From Octopus vulgaris (Eukaryota), in assembly GCA_951406725.2 (NCBI GenBank), contig OX597818.1, positions 40,610,001-40,674,000 of the forward strand: DNA of 64,000 bases. The letters run 5' to 3'. Made by a program: the position numbers and the translations under genes. The notes beneath the pieces were generated by a model. That model made no database searches. It was not told the origin of the DNA and saw only the letters and a list, made by a program, of their open reading frames with translations. Shown here one piece after another: positions 1-12,917 of the stretch. Numbering within the stretch: the stretch's first letter is position 1; every line of letters begins with the position of its first letter.

Positions 1-252
1 GCGGTTTCGATTCCCAGACCGGGCGTTGTGTGTGTTTATTGAGCGAAAACACCTAAAAGCTCCACGAGGCTCCGGCAGGGGGTGGTGGCGACCCCTGTTG
101 TACTCTTTCGCCCCAACTTTCTCTCACCCTTTCTTCCTGTGTCTTGGGTAACGCTGCGATGGACTGGCGTCCCGTCCAGCTGGTGGAGAACACATACGCC
201 ACAGAAACCGAGAAACCGGGCCCATGAGCCTGGCTAGGCTTGAAAAGGGTGA
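1..252 (+). mobile_element. tRNA(Arg)-like-head SINE (OR-type), 5' end cut by window edge, tail variant A
   Basis: B-box GGTTTCGATTCC and body identical to the copies at 14168 and 33814. The 3' part carries CTGCGATGGACTGGCGTCCCGTCCAG, which is V-domain-like. Confidence 0.8.
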
Positions 253-746
253 AAAGAAAAGAATAATATTTAATTATAAAAAATATAATCGGATTTTTTT
301 TCGAAACATTGAGGCTTGGAGAGTCCATTCGCGTAAAATAGGAATCAAAAGGTTTCATACTTTTTATTGCGATCTGAGTTCAAATTCCACCGGATACTAC
401 TTGGGCGCTAGACTTAATCAATCATTCGATTTGGTCCTTCGGTGCCCACCTGTGTTAGAGGCCATAAAAGGTTCATGACCACTGCCTTCCCTCTTGGTTA
501 AAATAAAGATAGTTACTCGACCTGCTAATGATAGCAACTAAATCTTCCTCAAAATTTACACTAATATATTAAATAAGGTACGGATCCATTAACTATTATA
601 GTCTTACACTTTCGGGAAGATTACAACTGGAACACCTTTGATCATAGCTAAGCTCGAACAGGGAAGACCTGGAGCTTTACATCACAACTACTGCCCGAAT
701 TTAGGGTAAGGGAAAAAGTGATCTCATTTTGCATTTTATTAAAATT

Positions 747-1730
747 TAATCCAGTCTAAAATTCCCATCTTTATCAATGAATTCCTTCCATCTGCTCATC
801 AGTTTTTTAATTCCATTTTTAGAAAACTCATTTGGTTTTGATGAAATGAAGGAAGAGAGGTCAGTTTCGACCTTTTTTGGGCTTTTGAGTACTAATCCAT
901 TTAAATGATTCTGCAAGCTTTGAAACTAATGGTAATCAGAAGGAATGAGGTCATAGGAATAAGGCAGGTGAGCGATTTTTCCCATCCAAATTCTTCGATA
1001 TTTTCTTATGTAATCTTTGCAATGAGGAACCTTGCATTACCATGATGAAACACCACTCCCTTGCGATTCGCCAAAGCAGGCCTCCTGTTTTTACTTCAAA
1101 GCAGTGTCGAAATGCTCTCATTATTGGCAACAGGTGTAAGTAGTAACTGTTGAATGAGTTGGTAGCGGCTCAAAGTGGACGACTCCAATGCAAATCCACT
1201 ATACAGAAAGAAGAATCTTTGTTACATGGACGTCCTTTTTGGGTTGTGGTTTAGCCTGTTCTCAACAACTAAGTCATTGCCTGCACCGCTTAATATTTTC
1301 ATAAAATATCTGTTTATTGTCGCCAGCCCAAAAATGGTGAGATACATTCATGAAAGTGAAGAGATGCGCATATTTTCACTCGTGATTTTTGGCTGGCTTC
1401 TATCAAGTCATTGGAAACTGATTTTCCAAGTTTGAGCGCTTTTCCAAGCTGTTGAAGATAGCAGTGAACAGTTGAATGGCTTGACTTGAGTTTGCCTGCT
1501 AATTCTTCAACTGACACAGCATTATTCTTCTCAAGCTCAGATGTCAAATTCAAGCTCATCGTCAACAGGGCGTCCTGTTCGTGGCCTTTCTCTTAGGCTG
1601 AAATTAACACTTTTGAACTTTTCAAACCATCTTCCGCAACGTATTTCGTTCAAGCACTCTCCTCATAAGCAGAATGCATATTTCAGGTTACTTCTGCTGC
1701 ATTACTTCCCTTTTTAAACTCATGAAGCAT
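747..1730 (-). pseudogene. Decayed mariner (DD34D-type) transposase
   Basis: Translates across frameshifts as MLHEFKKGSNAAE..RWFEKFKS..RTGRP..SVEELAGKLKSSHSTVHCYLQQLGK..RVKICASL..EFSKNGIKKLMSRWKEFIDKDG (HTH plus mariner C-terminus). Confidence 0.85.
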
Positions 1731-1923
1731 CTATCTTTGAGGGATTAATATTAGCTATTAGTTCTGTCTGATTATCCCGCAAAACGAAATTATATTAACT
1801 TAAAGGATTCCAAATTCATATGGGTATCAATCAAATACCATTTGATATTTTAGAAAAATGTAGAATCTGATTGAAATTAGATATATGACATTTCGGACAT
1901 TATTTATGAGATGACCTGGTATA

Positions 1924-2044
1924 TACGAGGGGTGTATGAAAAGTCTTGAGCCTAAAAGAAAAACAAAAAAAAAAAAACATGGTACAAGACTTTTGATGAA
2001 GGTATAAGACTTCAAGGCCCAAAACTTTTCATACAGCCCTCATA
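1924..2044. mobile_element. Mariner-type MITE (~120 bp)
   Basis: ~30-bp TIRs TACGAGGGGTGTATGAAAAGTCTTGAGCCT / AGGCCCAAAACTTTTCATACAGCCCTCATA with TA ends. Confidence 0.75.
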
Positions 2045-2101
2045 TATTCATATATATAATTGAAAATTTGTATGAATATATATATATATATATATATATA
2101 T

Positions 2102-2285
2102 AACATAGGGACTAAAGCCATCTGAATATGGCTAGGGACAGGGCAGGGTGGTGGGGGTGTTACTGTTGCATTTAGCCCCAGGCGAACATCGACGTCACCA
2201 GAAAGGCCCGACACCGTCACGGTGTCCTTAACCTGCAAAGGGAGGTAATTCCCCGATGAAGCGGAAACCACACACGGACCATGGA

Positions 2286-2290
<5 letters not shown>
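2102..2290. mobile_element. Fragment of PLE-derived non-coding repeat (family S1) between (TA)n tracts
   Basis: Shares TTACTGTT..TTTAGCCCCAGG..GACAC..GTGTCCTTAA with 49925 and 50563. Confidence 0.45.
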
Positions 2291-2323
<33 letters not shown>

Positions 2324-2331
<8 letters not shown>

Positions 2332-2652
2332 GTTGTATACGTCAATCTAACAAGAACGTGACAGGGGGTGTATTTAGGAGGCATCGAACGCCTCCTGACA
2401 GTACACATTTATCCCTGTGTCCTTATATACATATACGAAGGGGAGACAAACACCCCCTTCGTATATGTATATAAGGACACAGGGAAAAATGTGTCAAAGC
2501 TGTCAGGAGGCGTTCGATGCCTCCTAGGGCTATACAACGGTGGTGTACCCCCTACTGTCACGTTCTTGTTAGATTGACAGTATACAACCATTCTATCGCC
2601 CCACCACCGTACATGTCTCTACGAGAGATTCAGAAATTCAATATTTCTTATA
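2324..2652. mobile_element. Fold-back element (family S1) with ~130-bp inverted arms
   Basis: ATAGAATGGTTGTATAC.. (2324) pairs with ..GTATACAACCATTCTAT (2596). The reverse complement of 2600-2652 matches the GAAATATTG..TTTCT.AATCTCTC..GAGA motif at 50063, 50457 and 50812. Confidence 0.65.
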
Positions 2653-2654
2653 TA

Positions 2655-2800
2655 TATATAGTTGAAATTTATGGAGAAACAAAAAACGAAAACAGGTGTA
2701 TGAACATCAAGCATCTGTATTTGTTTGACGCTCGGGAAAATAAAGAAAAGTCTTTTACGTTTCGAGCCTACGTTCTTTAAAAGAAAGGAGTAAGAGAAAT
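2655..2800 (-). mobile_element. PLE-like 3' fragment with relic hammerhead
   Basis: Minus strand reads CTTT-cttttaa-AGAACGTAGGCTC-GAAA-CG-TA-AAAG. GAAA, the cleavage triplet and stem I are retained; the CUGANGA box is decayed. Confidence 0.4.
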
Positions 2801-2858
2801 ATCTATATGTATATATATAAACATACGCACGCACATATATCTGAATGTGTGCGTGTGT

Positions 2859-2905
<47 letters not shown>

Positions 2906-3113
2906 TTGTGTATACATATATATTAGTATGTAGTCTTACATGGATATCAACATTTTTTCATGTATATACATCATAAAGGATATACATACATACTACACAC
3001 ATACACACACACACACACATACATATATATATATACATACACACATATGTGTGTCTGTGCAGAAAGAAAAGGCAAGCAGACAGACAGATAGATAGACAGA
3101 CAAACAGTCAGGC

Positions 3114-3114
<1 letters not shown>

Positions 3115-3190
<76 letters not shown>
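3115..3190. repeat. (TAGA)n microsatellite
   Basis: Direct reading. Confidence 0.95.
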
Positions 3191-3820
3191 TTGAAACATC
3201 TGAAACATCTAGAAGAAGTATAAAGTGGTAATAGAAACCATTGTAATATGCGTGGCTTTCATTTTCCAACCCCTTTCGTGGAAGTGTCTTTCGTTTGAAA
3301 TAATTTCTACAATAACAAAGAAGTTAAAACGCACGTCATTATCATTTCCACGTGACTGGAAATAGAAAGAAACATCAATCCACAATCTTTTACAAAGTTT
3401 AATATTATAGTCTTTACGTTTTCACTTTGAAATTTAACGTGAATTACTCGAGAAAGTTTTCTATTATTCGTCAAGACAATTGTTTCTTTATTTAACGTAG
3501 GCCGGACATTGATATCAGCAGCCATTTTACGCTATCGCCCGCCGTAGCATATCGCTTTCTAAACCCAACTACGCGGTACCACTTCTTTACTTCAACATCT
3601 GTCAAATTAGTTTTAATGTCTTCGTTCACTCTATCAAGATTTATATCAGAAGCAACAGTACCACCACAACCACCACCACTGCCACCGCCGCCGCTTTCGC
3701 TGCTGCACTCCACCACCACCACACCACATCTATTATATAAAATCCATTCTGTGTGTGTGTGTGTGTCTTCTAAGATCTCGGGCATCCTCCATCCGATTGC
3801 ACTCAAATTTGATATGTAGA

Positions 3821-4056
3821 TACCTATTTCTTTGCTACCCACGAGGGGCTAAACATAGAGTAGACAAACAACGACAGACAAAAGGATTAAGTCCATTACA
3901 TCGACCCCAGTGGGTAACTGGCACTTAATTTATCGACTCCGAAAGGATGAAAGGAAAGTCGACCTCGGCGGAATTTGAACTCAGAGCGTAACGGCAGATG
4001 AAATACGGCTACGCATTTCGCCCGGCGTGCTAACGTTTCCGCCAGCTCGCCATCTT
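3821..4056 (-). mobile_element. SINE family A (head GGCGGCGAGCTGGCAGAA, B-box GAGTTCAAATTCC)
   Basis: Matches more than 10 other copies in the window. Confidence 0.85.
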
Positions 4057-4546
4057 GATATGTAGGTACCGACGGTATCAAGGCATGTATAAGTCTTGAT
4101 AAAATTACAAAAATCGATTCCAGGTGAGAATGCGATCGATAAAGCCATGGGAACGTGTATTTGTACGTGCAAGTACATCAGCTGTTGCGATCGATACTAC
4201 GCGTACGTGAGAAAAATGCATGTGCAGTTTGTGCAAAAAAAGCCGGCTGGCTTGAAATAATGCCACAAAATGCAGTATATTTAAGAGACCAAAAAAGTAA
4301 GATGCCAAAGAGTTATTTTCTTCAAATTTGGCATGAAGGAAGGAAGGAGTTTTTTTTTTTTGCCTTAATTTTGTTTAACAAAAATTTTATTGAAATAAAG
4401 GCATGCATAATTATTTTTTAATGAAAATAAAACACTTGCTGCTTTTTATTCAGCAGATATGATTCAGCACCGTCCATTAAACGGGGGTGGGTGGGGGGTG
4501 CTCGTATATATACGTTTTCATTTATTTTCTGATTGTTTTACTAGTC

Positions 4547-4735
4547 CCAGTCATTTGAGCACCGCCTTATGGAATTTTAGTCGAAGAACTCGACCCTAGG
4601 ACTTATTCTTTGTAAGCCTAGTATTTATTCTATCGGTCTCTTTTGTCGCACTGCTAAGTTACGGGGACATAAACATACCAGCACCAGTTGTCAAGCGATG
4701 GCGTGGTGGTGGGGGAGACAAACACAGACATACAC
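4547..4735 (-). mobile_element. SINE family B, 3' half
   Basis: Matches the 3' half of 7156-7576. Confidence 0.75.
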
Positions 4736-4818
4736 ATATATACATACATACACATATACATGCATACACATATACATGCATACATACATATACATACATA
4801 CATACATACATACATACA

Positions 4819-4853
<35 letters not shown>

Positions 4854-4854
4854 G

Positions 4855-4883
<29 letters not shown>

Positions 4884-4885
<2 letters not shown>

Positions 4886-5558
4886 AATCGTGGTTTTAGC
4901 TGTGTTGGCTGCTATTTCTAGCATGTAAAAATTACCTGTTAAAAGGGTAGTTTTCTTTTGTGTTTAATTGTACACTATTTTAAAATATGAATACGTTGTC
5001 TATTGACTATTTATACATGCTAGGTGATATTTATAACGAATATTCGCTATCCTATATATGTATCTTACGAATATGTTCTTAGCATTCTCGAAGATTCAGC
5101 TCGGCATTGTATTTATTGCCCACATGAAAATGCACCTGCGCGTGGAATTTTGAAAAATTATAACATATAATGACGGGACGTGTGTTATCTTGTCTCTGAA
5201 TTATAAGTTAGTTATTGAGCCCGGTGACTGACAAGAATTCCCCTGGCGGATAATATTGTTTTGCTAAATTACCTATTGAAGGATGGCAAATAATCTTATT
5301 TGCAAAAAAAAAAAATTCGAAACCATGGTATAACAGCTAATAAAAATAACAAGGTAAAAGTTTTTATTTTTCATTTACTTCGAAAATTGCCATTAAATCG
5401 TGGTTTTGGCTGTGTTGGCTGCTACTTCTAGCATGTAAAAAAATAACTGTTAAAGGGTAGTTTTCTTTTATGTTTAAATGTACAACTATTTTATAATATG
5501 AATATGTTGTCTATTGACTATTTATACATGCTAGGCCACTGGTGGTGATATTTATAAC

Positions 5559-5563
<5 letters not shown>
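4884..5563 (+). mobile_element. Retrozyme-like element (family S2-related): 510-bp unit plus ~165-bp terminal direct repeat, degenerate hammerhead
   Basis: 4884-5043 is repeated at 5394-5563. CTGACAA-GAATT...AATTC-GAAA-CCATGG-TA-TAAC lies at 5228-5334. Both ends abut (TA)n. Confidence 0.65.
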
Positions 5564-5614
<51 letters not shown>

Positions 5615-6004
5615 GACGAATTTCTTTGAGTTTCTGTCTACCAAATCTTCTTGTTTGCACCTTAGCATTTCGGCAAGAAGGTCGATAGAATAAGTATGGG
5701 TTTTTAGAATTAAGTAATGGGGGCAGTGCATTTAAGAATGTATAATTAAAACGTGTAAGCGGAAAGAAAATTTGAAGTCGAGAAAGAATTAAAAGACAGG
5801 TTCAGATGAATGAATTACCTCTGTCACATATGCTCAATTCTCCTGCTACTATCTCTTTAAGTACACATACATACACACACACAAACACACACGCACACAC
5901 ACACACACATATACAGGTACATATATATAAGCATATATACAAATACATACTTACATACACATACACACATGCATAAATACATATATATAGATAGATAATA
6001 GATG

Positions 6005-6104
<100 letters not shown>

Positions 6105-6230
6105 CATAAAATTCGAATTCTGAAATTACATACCAGGCCCTAACTACATAGTCAAGTAGATATAAAGTTTTGGGGCATTCATTCACAGAACTTTTTTTTT
6201 CATTTTTAAAGCACTGACGAAATAAGATAA

Positions 6231-6757
6231 TCTTTTCTACTCTTGGCACAAGGCCGGAAATTTTGGGCGAGAGGCAGTCGATTAGATCAACCCCAGTACG
6301 CCACTGGTACTTAATTTATCGACCCCGAAAGAGGGAAAAGCAAAGTTGATCACGGCGGAATTTGAACTCACAACGTAAAGACAGACGAAATACCTATTTC
6401 TTTACTACCCACATGGACAAACAAGGACAGAGAGAGGACAAACAAGGACAGACAAACAGATTAAGTCGATTATAACGGCAGACGAAATACGGCTGCGTAT
6501 TTCGCCCGGTGTGCTAACATTTCTTATTTCTTTACTGCCCACAAGGGGCTACACACACGGCAGACAAACAAGGACAGAAAAATTGATTAAGTCGATTATA
6601 TCGACACCAATACGTAGCTGGTACTTATTTAATCGACCCCGAAAGAATGAAAGGCAAAGTTGACCTCGGCGGAATTTGAACTCAGAGCGTAAAGACAGAC
6701 GAAATACCGCTAAACATTTCGCCCTGTGTGCTAACGTTTCTGCCAGCTCGCCGCCTT
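6231..6757 (-). mobile_element. SINE family A multimer
   Basis: Several joined units. Approximate TSD CGAAATA(A/G)GAT(A/T)AT at 6218 and 6758. Confidence 0.85.
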
Positions 6758-7155
6758 CGAAATAGGATTATGTGAAACGATTGCAATTGAGATGCAAGAC
6801 AAGTTGACTGTGTTGGTGATGGTACTTTCTTACTCAATGACACTAATGATGAAGAAACAAAGAACAATAACCAATAAGCAATTCAGAAAGTAAAAGAAAA
6901 ATCAAATATTACACTGTCGGATTCAGTACATTAGAAAGGCTGATAAAATGTCTGATCTTGTTTATGAGAGAAAAGAAAAAAAATCAACATAGACTGTCTC
7001 TTTGTTGGATTTTCTAATCAATGCATTGTATTAATTTCATGATGTTAGATTTACAGACATGGCAATATCGAACGTGTATTTATAATGTCGTGGTATAAAT
7101 ATTCAAGACTTCGTTAATTATGCGTGAATGAGGTTGAAGATGGTGACAATGAAAT

Positions 7156-7576
7156 TCTCTTTTACTCTTTTACTCTTTTACTTGTTTCAGTCATTTGACT
7201 GTGGCCATGCTGGAGCACCGCCTTTAGTCGAGCAAATCGACTCCAGGACTTATTCTTTGTAAGCCTAGTACTTATTCTATCGGTTTTTTTTATCGAACCG
7301 CTAAGTTACTGGGGCGTAAATACACCAGCATCGGTTGTCAAGTGATGTTGGGGAGACAGACACACAAACATACACACACACACACGTACACATATACATA
7401 TATACATACATACGACGGGCTTCTTTCAATTTCCGTCTACCAAATCCACTCACAACGCTTTGGTCGGCCCGAGGCTGTAGTAGAAGATACTTGCCCAAGG
7501 TGCCCCGCTATGGGACTGAACTCGGAACCATGTGGTTTGTAAGGAAGCTACTTACCACACAGTCACTCCTACGCCT
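7156..7576 (-). mobile_element. SINE family B, full length (tRNA-like head, CCTTGGGCAAG motif, internal TA/TG tract, (TAAAAGAG)n tail)
   Basis: Head GGCGTAGGAGTGACTGTGTGGTAAG; multi-copy in the window. Confidence 0.85.
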
Positions 7577-7845
7577 ATGGTGAAAGTTATTTGTTGACAT
7601 CGATAGTGAAGATGATTATAACAATAGTTGTTATTAGGAGATAGCTAATGATGAAAGTTTTATGTGGAGGAAGGCGACATTGACCACAACGATGACATCG
7701 AAAGACAATGATGACGACGACGACGACGATGACGATGATGATGATGATGATGAGGATGATGATGATGATGGTGGTGGTGGTGGTGGTGGCCCTGGTGCTG
7801 ATGGTGTTAACGGAGTATTTATAGTTGTAGTGATGTGGTAAGTGA

Positions 7846-8160
7846 AGGCGCATGACTCAGTGGTTAGAGCATCGAGCTTACAATCGTGAGGTTGTGAGTT
7901 CGAATCCCTGACCGGGCTGCGTGTTGCGTTCTTGAACAAGACACTTTATTTCACATTGCTCCAGTTCACTCAGCTGTAGAAATGAGTTGCGACGTCACAG
8001 GTGTCACGCTGTATCGGCCTTTGCCTTTCCCTTGGATAACACTGGTGGCGTGGAGAGGAGAGGCCGGTATGCATAGTCTTCCATAAACAACTTTGCCCGG
8101 ACTTGTGCCTGGGAGGGTAACTTTCTAGGTTCAATCTCATGGTCAGTCATGATCTCAGCA
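7846..8160 (+). mobile_element. CORE-type SINE (family C)
   Basis: tRNA-like A/B boxes, then TCTTGAACAAGACACTT..CTCCAGTTCACTCAGCTGTAGAAATGAG, which aligns with the MIR/CORE domain. 14-bp TSD GATGTGGTAAGTGA at 7832 and 8161. Confidence 0.85.
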
Positions 8161-8182
8161 GATGTGGTAAGTGATGATGATA

Positions 8183-8350
8183 ATGTTTGTTGCCGTGACA
8201 ACGATAACAGGACTATCAGGCTGATTATAGTGATGTCTGTTGCCGTGATAACAATAAGAACAAGACTATTAAGCTGATTATACTGATGGAGCTGGTGATA
8301 ATGTTTGTTACCATGGTAACAATGACAAGAGATCTATCAAGCTGATAGTA
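8183..8350. repeat. Degenerate 50-68-bp minisatellite, 3 copies
   Basis: ATGT(T/C)TGTT(G/A)CC(G/A)TG..AAC..ACTAT(C/T)A(G/A)GCTGAT occurs three times. Confidence 0.7.
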
Positions 8351-8635
8351 ATGACTATTTTGCATCTTAGTTATGATCATGAGTTTAAGAGTGATGTCTT
8401 TGGCTGAAATGATGGCGAAGGTTTTTGTAGCTGTCGTGTTAATAAAATTAGTATATGCTTGAATTGTTGCCGGAACTCCCTTATCACGTGATTCTATTCA
8501 ACCGGAAATCATCAGTGGTTTCTACATTAGAGGATGATACTCCAGCAGTATCAAAAGTACAAAAGTGGGTAAATGAATATACATAAAATCGTATCAAACT
8601 TCACTAACACCAACTAATATTACCAGAAACATTGC

Positions 8636-9241
8636 AAGGCAGTGAGCTGCCAGAACCGTTAGCACAACGGGAAAAATGCTTAGCGGTATTTCGTCTGCCG
8701 TTACGTTCTGAGTTCAAATTCCGCCGAGGGCAACTTTGCCTTTCATCCTTTTGGGGTCGATTAAATAAGTACCAGTTACGCACTGGGGTCGATATAATCG
8801 ACTTAATCCGTTTGTCTGTCCTTGTTTGTTTGTCCTTGTTTGTTTGTCCTTGTTTGTCCTCTCTGTCTTTAGCCCCTTGTGGGTAGTAAAGAAATAGGTA
8901 TTTCGTCTGTCTTTATGTTCTGAGTTCAAATTCCGCCGAGGTCAACTTTGCCTTTTCATCCTTTTGGGGTCGATTAAATAAGTACCAGTTACGCACTGGG
9001 GTCGATATAATCAACTTAATCCGTTTGTCTGTCCTTGTTTGTCCTCTCTGTGTTTAGCCCCTTGTGGGTAGTAAAGAAATAGGTATTTCGTCTGTCTTTA
9101 TGTTCTGAGTTCAAATTCCGCCGAGGTCAACTTTGCCTTTCATTCTTTCGGGTTCGATTAAATAAGTACCAGTTACGCACTGGGGTCGATGTAATCGACT
9201 TAATCCGTTTGTCTGTCCTTGTTTAGCGGCATTTCGTCCGC
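8636..9241 (+). mobile_element. SINE family A multimer (3 tandem internal units)
   Basis: GTATTTCGTCTG restarts at 8686, 8898 and 9083. Confidence 0.9.
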
Positions 9242-9783
9242 CTCATTATTACTGTTAAAGCGGCGAACTAACAGAATCGTTGGCAAAATGCTTAATGGCG
9301 TTTCGTTGGTCTCTATGTTCTGAGTTCAAAATCCATCGAAGTCGACATAGCCTTTCAACATTTCCGGGTCGATAATATTATCACAAGCATAACCACAAAA
9401 CGCTACCATAAATACTTCTAGAAGTACCGCAAGTACCACCACAAAATTACTTCACAATCACAAGAGACAACCCCAGAAATTTCGTTGACACACACACACA
9501 TCAATACATGCAATCCCTATTTCTCTATTCCCATTGCCGCAAACCTACTAAAGTCGCCACAATCTGAATTCCGATCAACATAGACATCTCCACGAACAAG
9601 ACCACAATCGCCATTAATATCACCGCAAACACCGCCACAAACACTTCCAAAATGGCCTCGAACATTTACCCGAAGCATCATCACAATCAGCATCGCAATC
9701 ATCAGTAACATCACACGAAACACCATCACTACACACACAACAGCAGTCGATCCCTTCTGTCTCTATCACTATCGTCATCATTA

Positions 9784-9824
<41 letters not shown>

Positions 9825-10516
9825 AATCGTTGTCGTCAATGTCGTCGTTGTCGTCGTCACCATCACGTCTTTTAACAGGTCCGATAACCACCAACACACC
9901 CCATACGGCAGTAGATCTTTAACGAGACAGAACAATAGCACTGGCTAAACTGCATAATGAAATTATCGTGGTCATAAATCTATCACATGATTGATCACAC
10001 TTATACCCGGATGTCGACTGCATGAAAAGTAGACAACGAACAAAAGGCGCAGTTAATAGCGAAACGTGCACAGACCGTGCTGAAAACAGTGGAACGAGAC
10101 GTGGAGGAGAGAGAGGGACGAAAGGAAATATCGGAAAGAGAAGGGAATGGTGAATGACGTAGCAATTATCAAAGTGGGAGAATAAACGATTTTTGGAATG
10201 AACAGCAGTTTGTCTTTGTTTCTTTTCGTTCCTTTCTTTTTGTTCTTTTTTGTTTTGTTCTTTTTTGCGGTCAGCTAGATAACCTGTGTAGAGGAACGTA
10301 AAGAGGTTTTATGTTAGGGACAATGTCAAACGAAGGAGATAAGAAATAAATGGGACTGATCAGAAAGAGAGAGAGAGAGAAGTGGGAGAGAGAGAGAGAG
10401 AAAGAGAAGTGGGAGACAGAGAGAGACAGAGAGAGAGACAGAGAGAGGAAGAGTAGAATCAGAGACAGAAAAGGAAAGGAATAGAGTGTACACGTGTGCG
10501 CCCTAATATGTGTGTC

Positions 10517-10903
<387 letters not shown>

Positions 10904-11296
10904 GCACACACACACGCACACTGACACACACGCGCGCACGCAGACACGAAAACAAACACACGCGCGTGCGCACAAATACATGCGCACACGCATACACGTA
11001 TATTTGCATAATTAAGTGCGAACGTACAATACATACACCATACATGAAATCATAGTACAAATTTGTTAGCGGGACAGGAAAACCGCATGAAGTAGCATTT
11101 TCAGTTTTAGTCGAGTTGACAAACGACATTATTATTAACGGAAATAGCAACAGCAGCAACATTATTAACAAAAAAAAAAAAAAACAAGAACAGCAACAGC
11201 AACAACACAAACAAGAACAATACCAGCAACAGCAACATAAACAGCAACAACAACACAAACAACTAGCAGCAGCGACAACTGCATTCAAGCCATGTA

Positions 11297-11497
11297 TACT
11301 CTTTTAATTGTTTCAGTCATTTGACTGCGGCCATGCTGGAGCACCACCTTTAGTCGAAGAAATCGACCCCAGGACTTATTCTTTGTAAGCCTAGTACTTA
11401 TTTTCTCGGTCTCTTTTGCCGAACCGCTAAGTGACGGAGACGTAAACACACCAGCATCGGTTGTCAAGCGATGTTGAGGGATGAACACAGACACACA

Positions 11498-11539
<42 letters not shown>

Positions 11540-11741
11540 TACATATATACGACGGGTTTCTTTCAATTTTCGTCTATCAAATCCACTCAAAAGGCTATGG
11601 TCGGCCCGAGGCTATAGTGGAAGCCACTTGCCTAAGGTACCACGCAGTGAGAATGAACCCAGAACAATGTTGTTGGTAAGCAAGCTACTTACCACACAGC
11701 CACTCCTGCGCCTAGCTACTTACCACACAGCCACTCCTGCG
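11297..11741 (-). mobile_element. SINE family B with duplicated head segment (11714-11741)
   Basis: Matches 7156-7576. Confidence 0.85.
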
Positions 11742-12668
11742 TAAAGTCATTATCATTATCAAACTCTACTTAGAGCAACGAAATTCACCAACACTATTAA
11801 ACCAACCGATTTCTGTAACTCCACACTGTCAGACCAGCATAAACCCCTCACTAGATCACACTGATAAGAACAACCACCAACCAACGCCTAAAAACAACTG
11901 TCATCTGACGGTAGTAAGAACGTCATGATCAGAGAAGTGAAACAGCCAACGCCAATCACAAACATGAAACGGTGGCAAAGGCAAGTCTTAGTAACAATAA
12001 CAATGATTATAGTGACAATAGCAACTATAGCAACAGCGGGCAGCGGAGAGAGCAACAATAAACATAAAACTATTGTGAAGACCAATAGCAACAACAAGGG
12101 TTAGCAACAATAATATTAACAGCAACAATATTTTAGTAAATGTAACAAATACACTTTCTACTTCCAAAATGGCAGTCGGTGGTAGGCAATTGTTTAAAAT
12201 AAAATTGAAGTGATTACTACGCAGTCTGTAAAACTCAAAAATGGCCAACCCATCCTCAGAGATACTCATTTGCACATACACACATACGCAAATACACACA
12301 CACACACATGCTCAGGTACACACAGAAATACATACGCGCATAGATGAATACACACACACACGCGCAAAAGTTCACATGCCGATATTTTATTGTCAAAAGC
12401 AAATCGACAGACTACCGAAGATTTGTCGGTAATTTGTGAATTTCCAATAGTGCAGAGAATATTACAACGTATTTACAGCGAGAGATTTCACCCCAAACTG
12501 ACCTTCTTAGATGTCCTACAAAGTCAGATTAAGCAAGAGCATGAATGAGAGTAACCAAGGCTAGTTTTATCAGAAGTATCGTTTTAACTCCTTCAAACTT
12601 AATGCAATTCATGCAGCTTTTCGAAAAACAAATTATTTTCCTTCTCACTGCGCTTTCGGAATATACAC

Positions 12669-12680
12669 ATCTATCTATCC

Positions 12681-12771
<91 letters not shown>

Positions 12772-12805
12772 CGTCTATCTATCTATCTATCTATCTATCT
12801 ATCCG

Positions 12806-12854
<49 letters not shown>

Positions 12855-12855
12855 A
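12669..12855. repeat. (TCTA)n microsatellite
   Basis: Direct reading. Confidence 0.95.
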
Positions 12856-12874
12856 TAGGCATCTGTATGTCTAG

Positions 12875-12917
<43 letters not shown>

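Noticed and set aside
8478-8520. Minus-strand CTGATGA with palindrome ATCACGTGAT
   Set aside because: GAAA is incomplete and there is no stem I pairing.
8636-9241. Regularly spaced repeats resembling a CRISPR array
   Set aside because: Whole units are repeated with no unique spacers, they belong to a dispersed SINE, and there are no cas genes.
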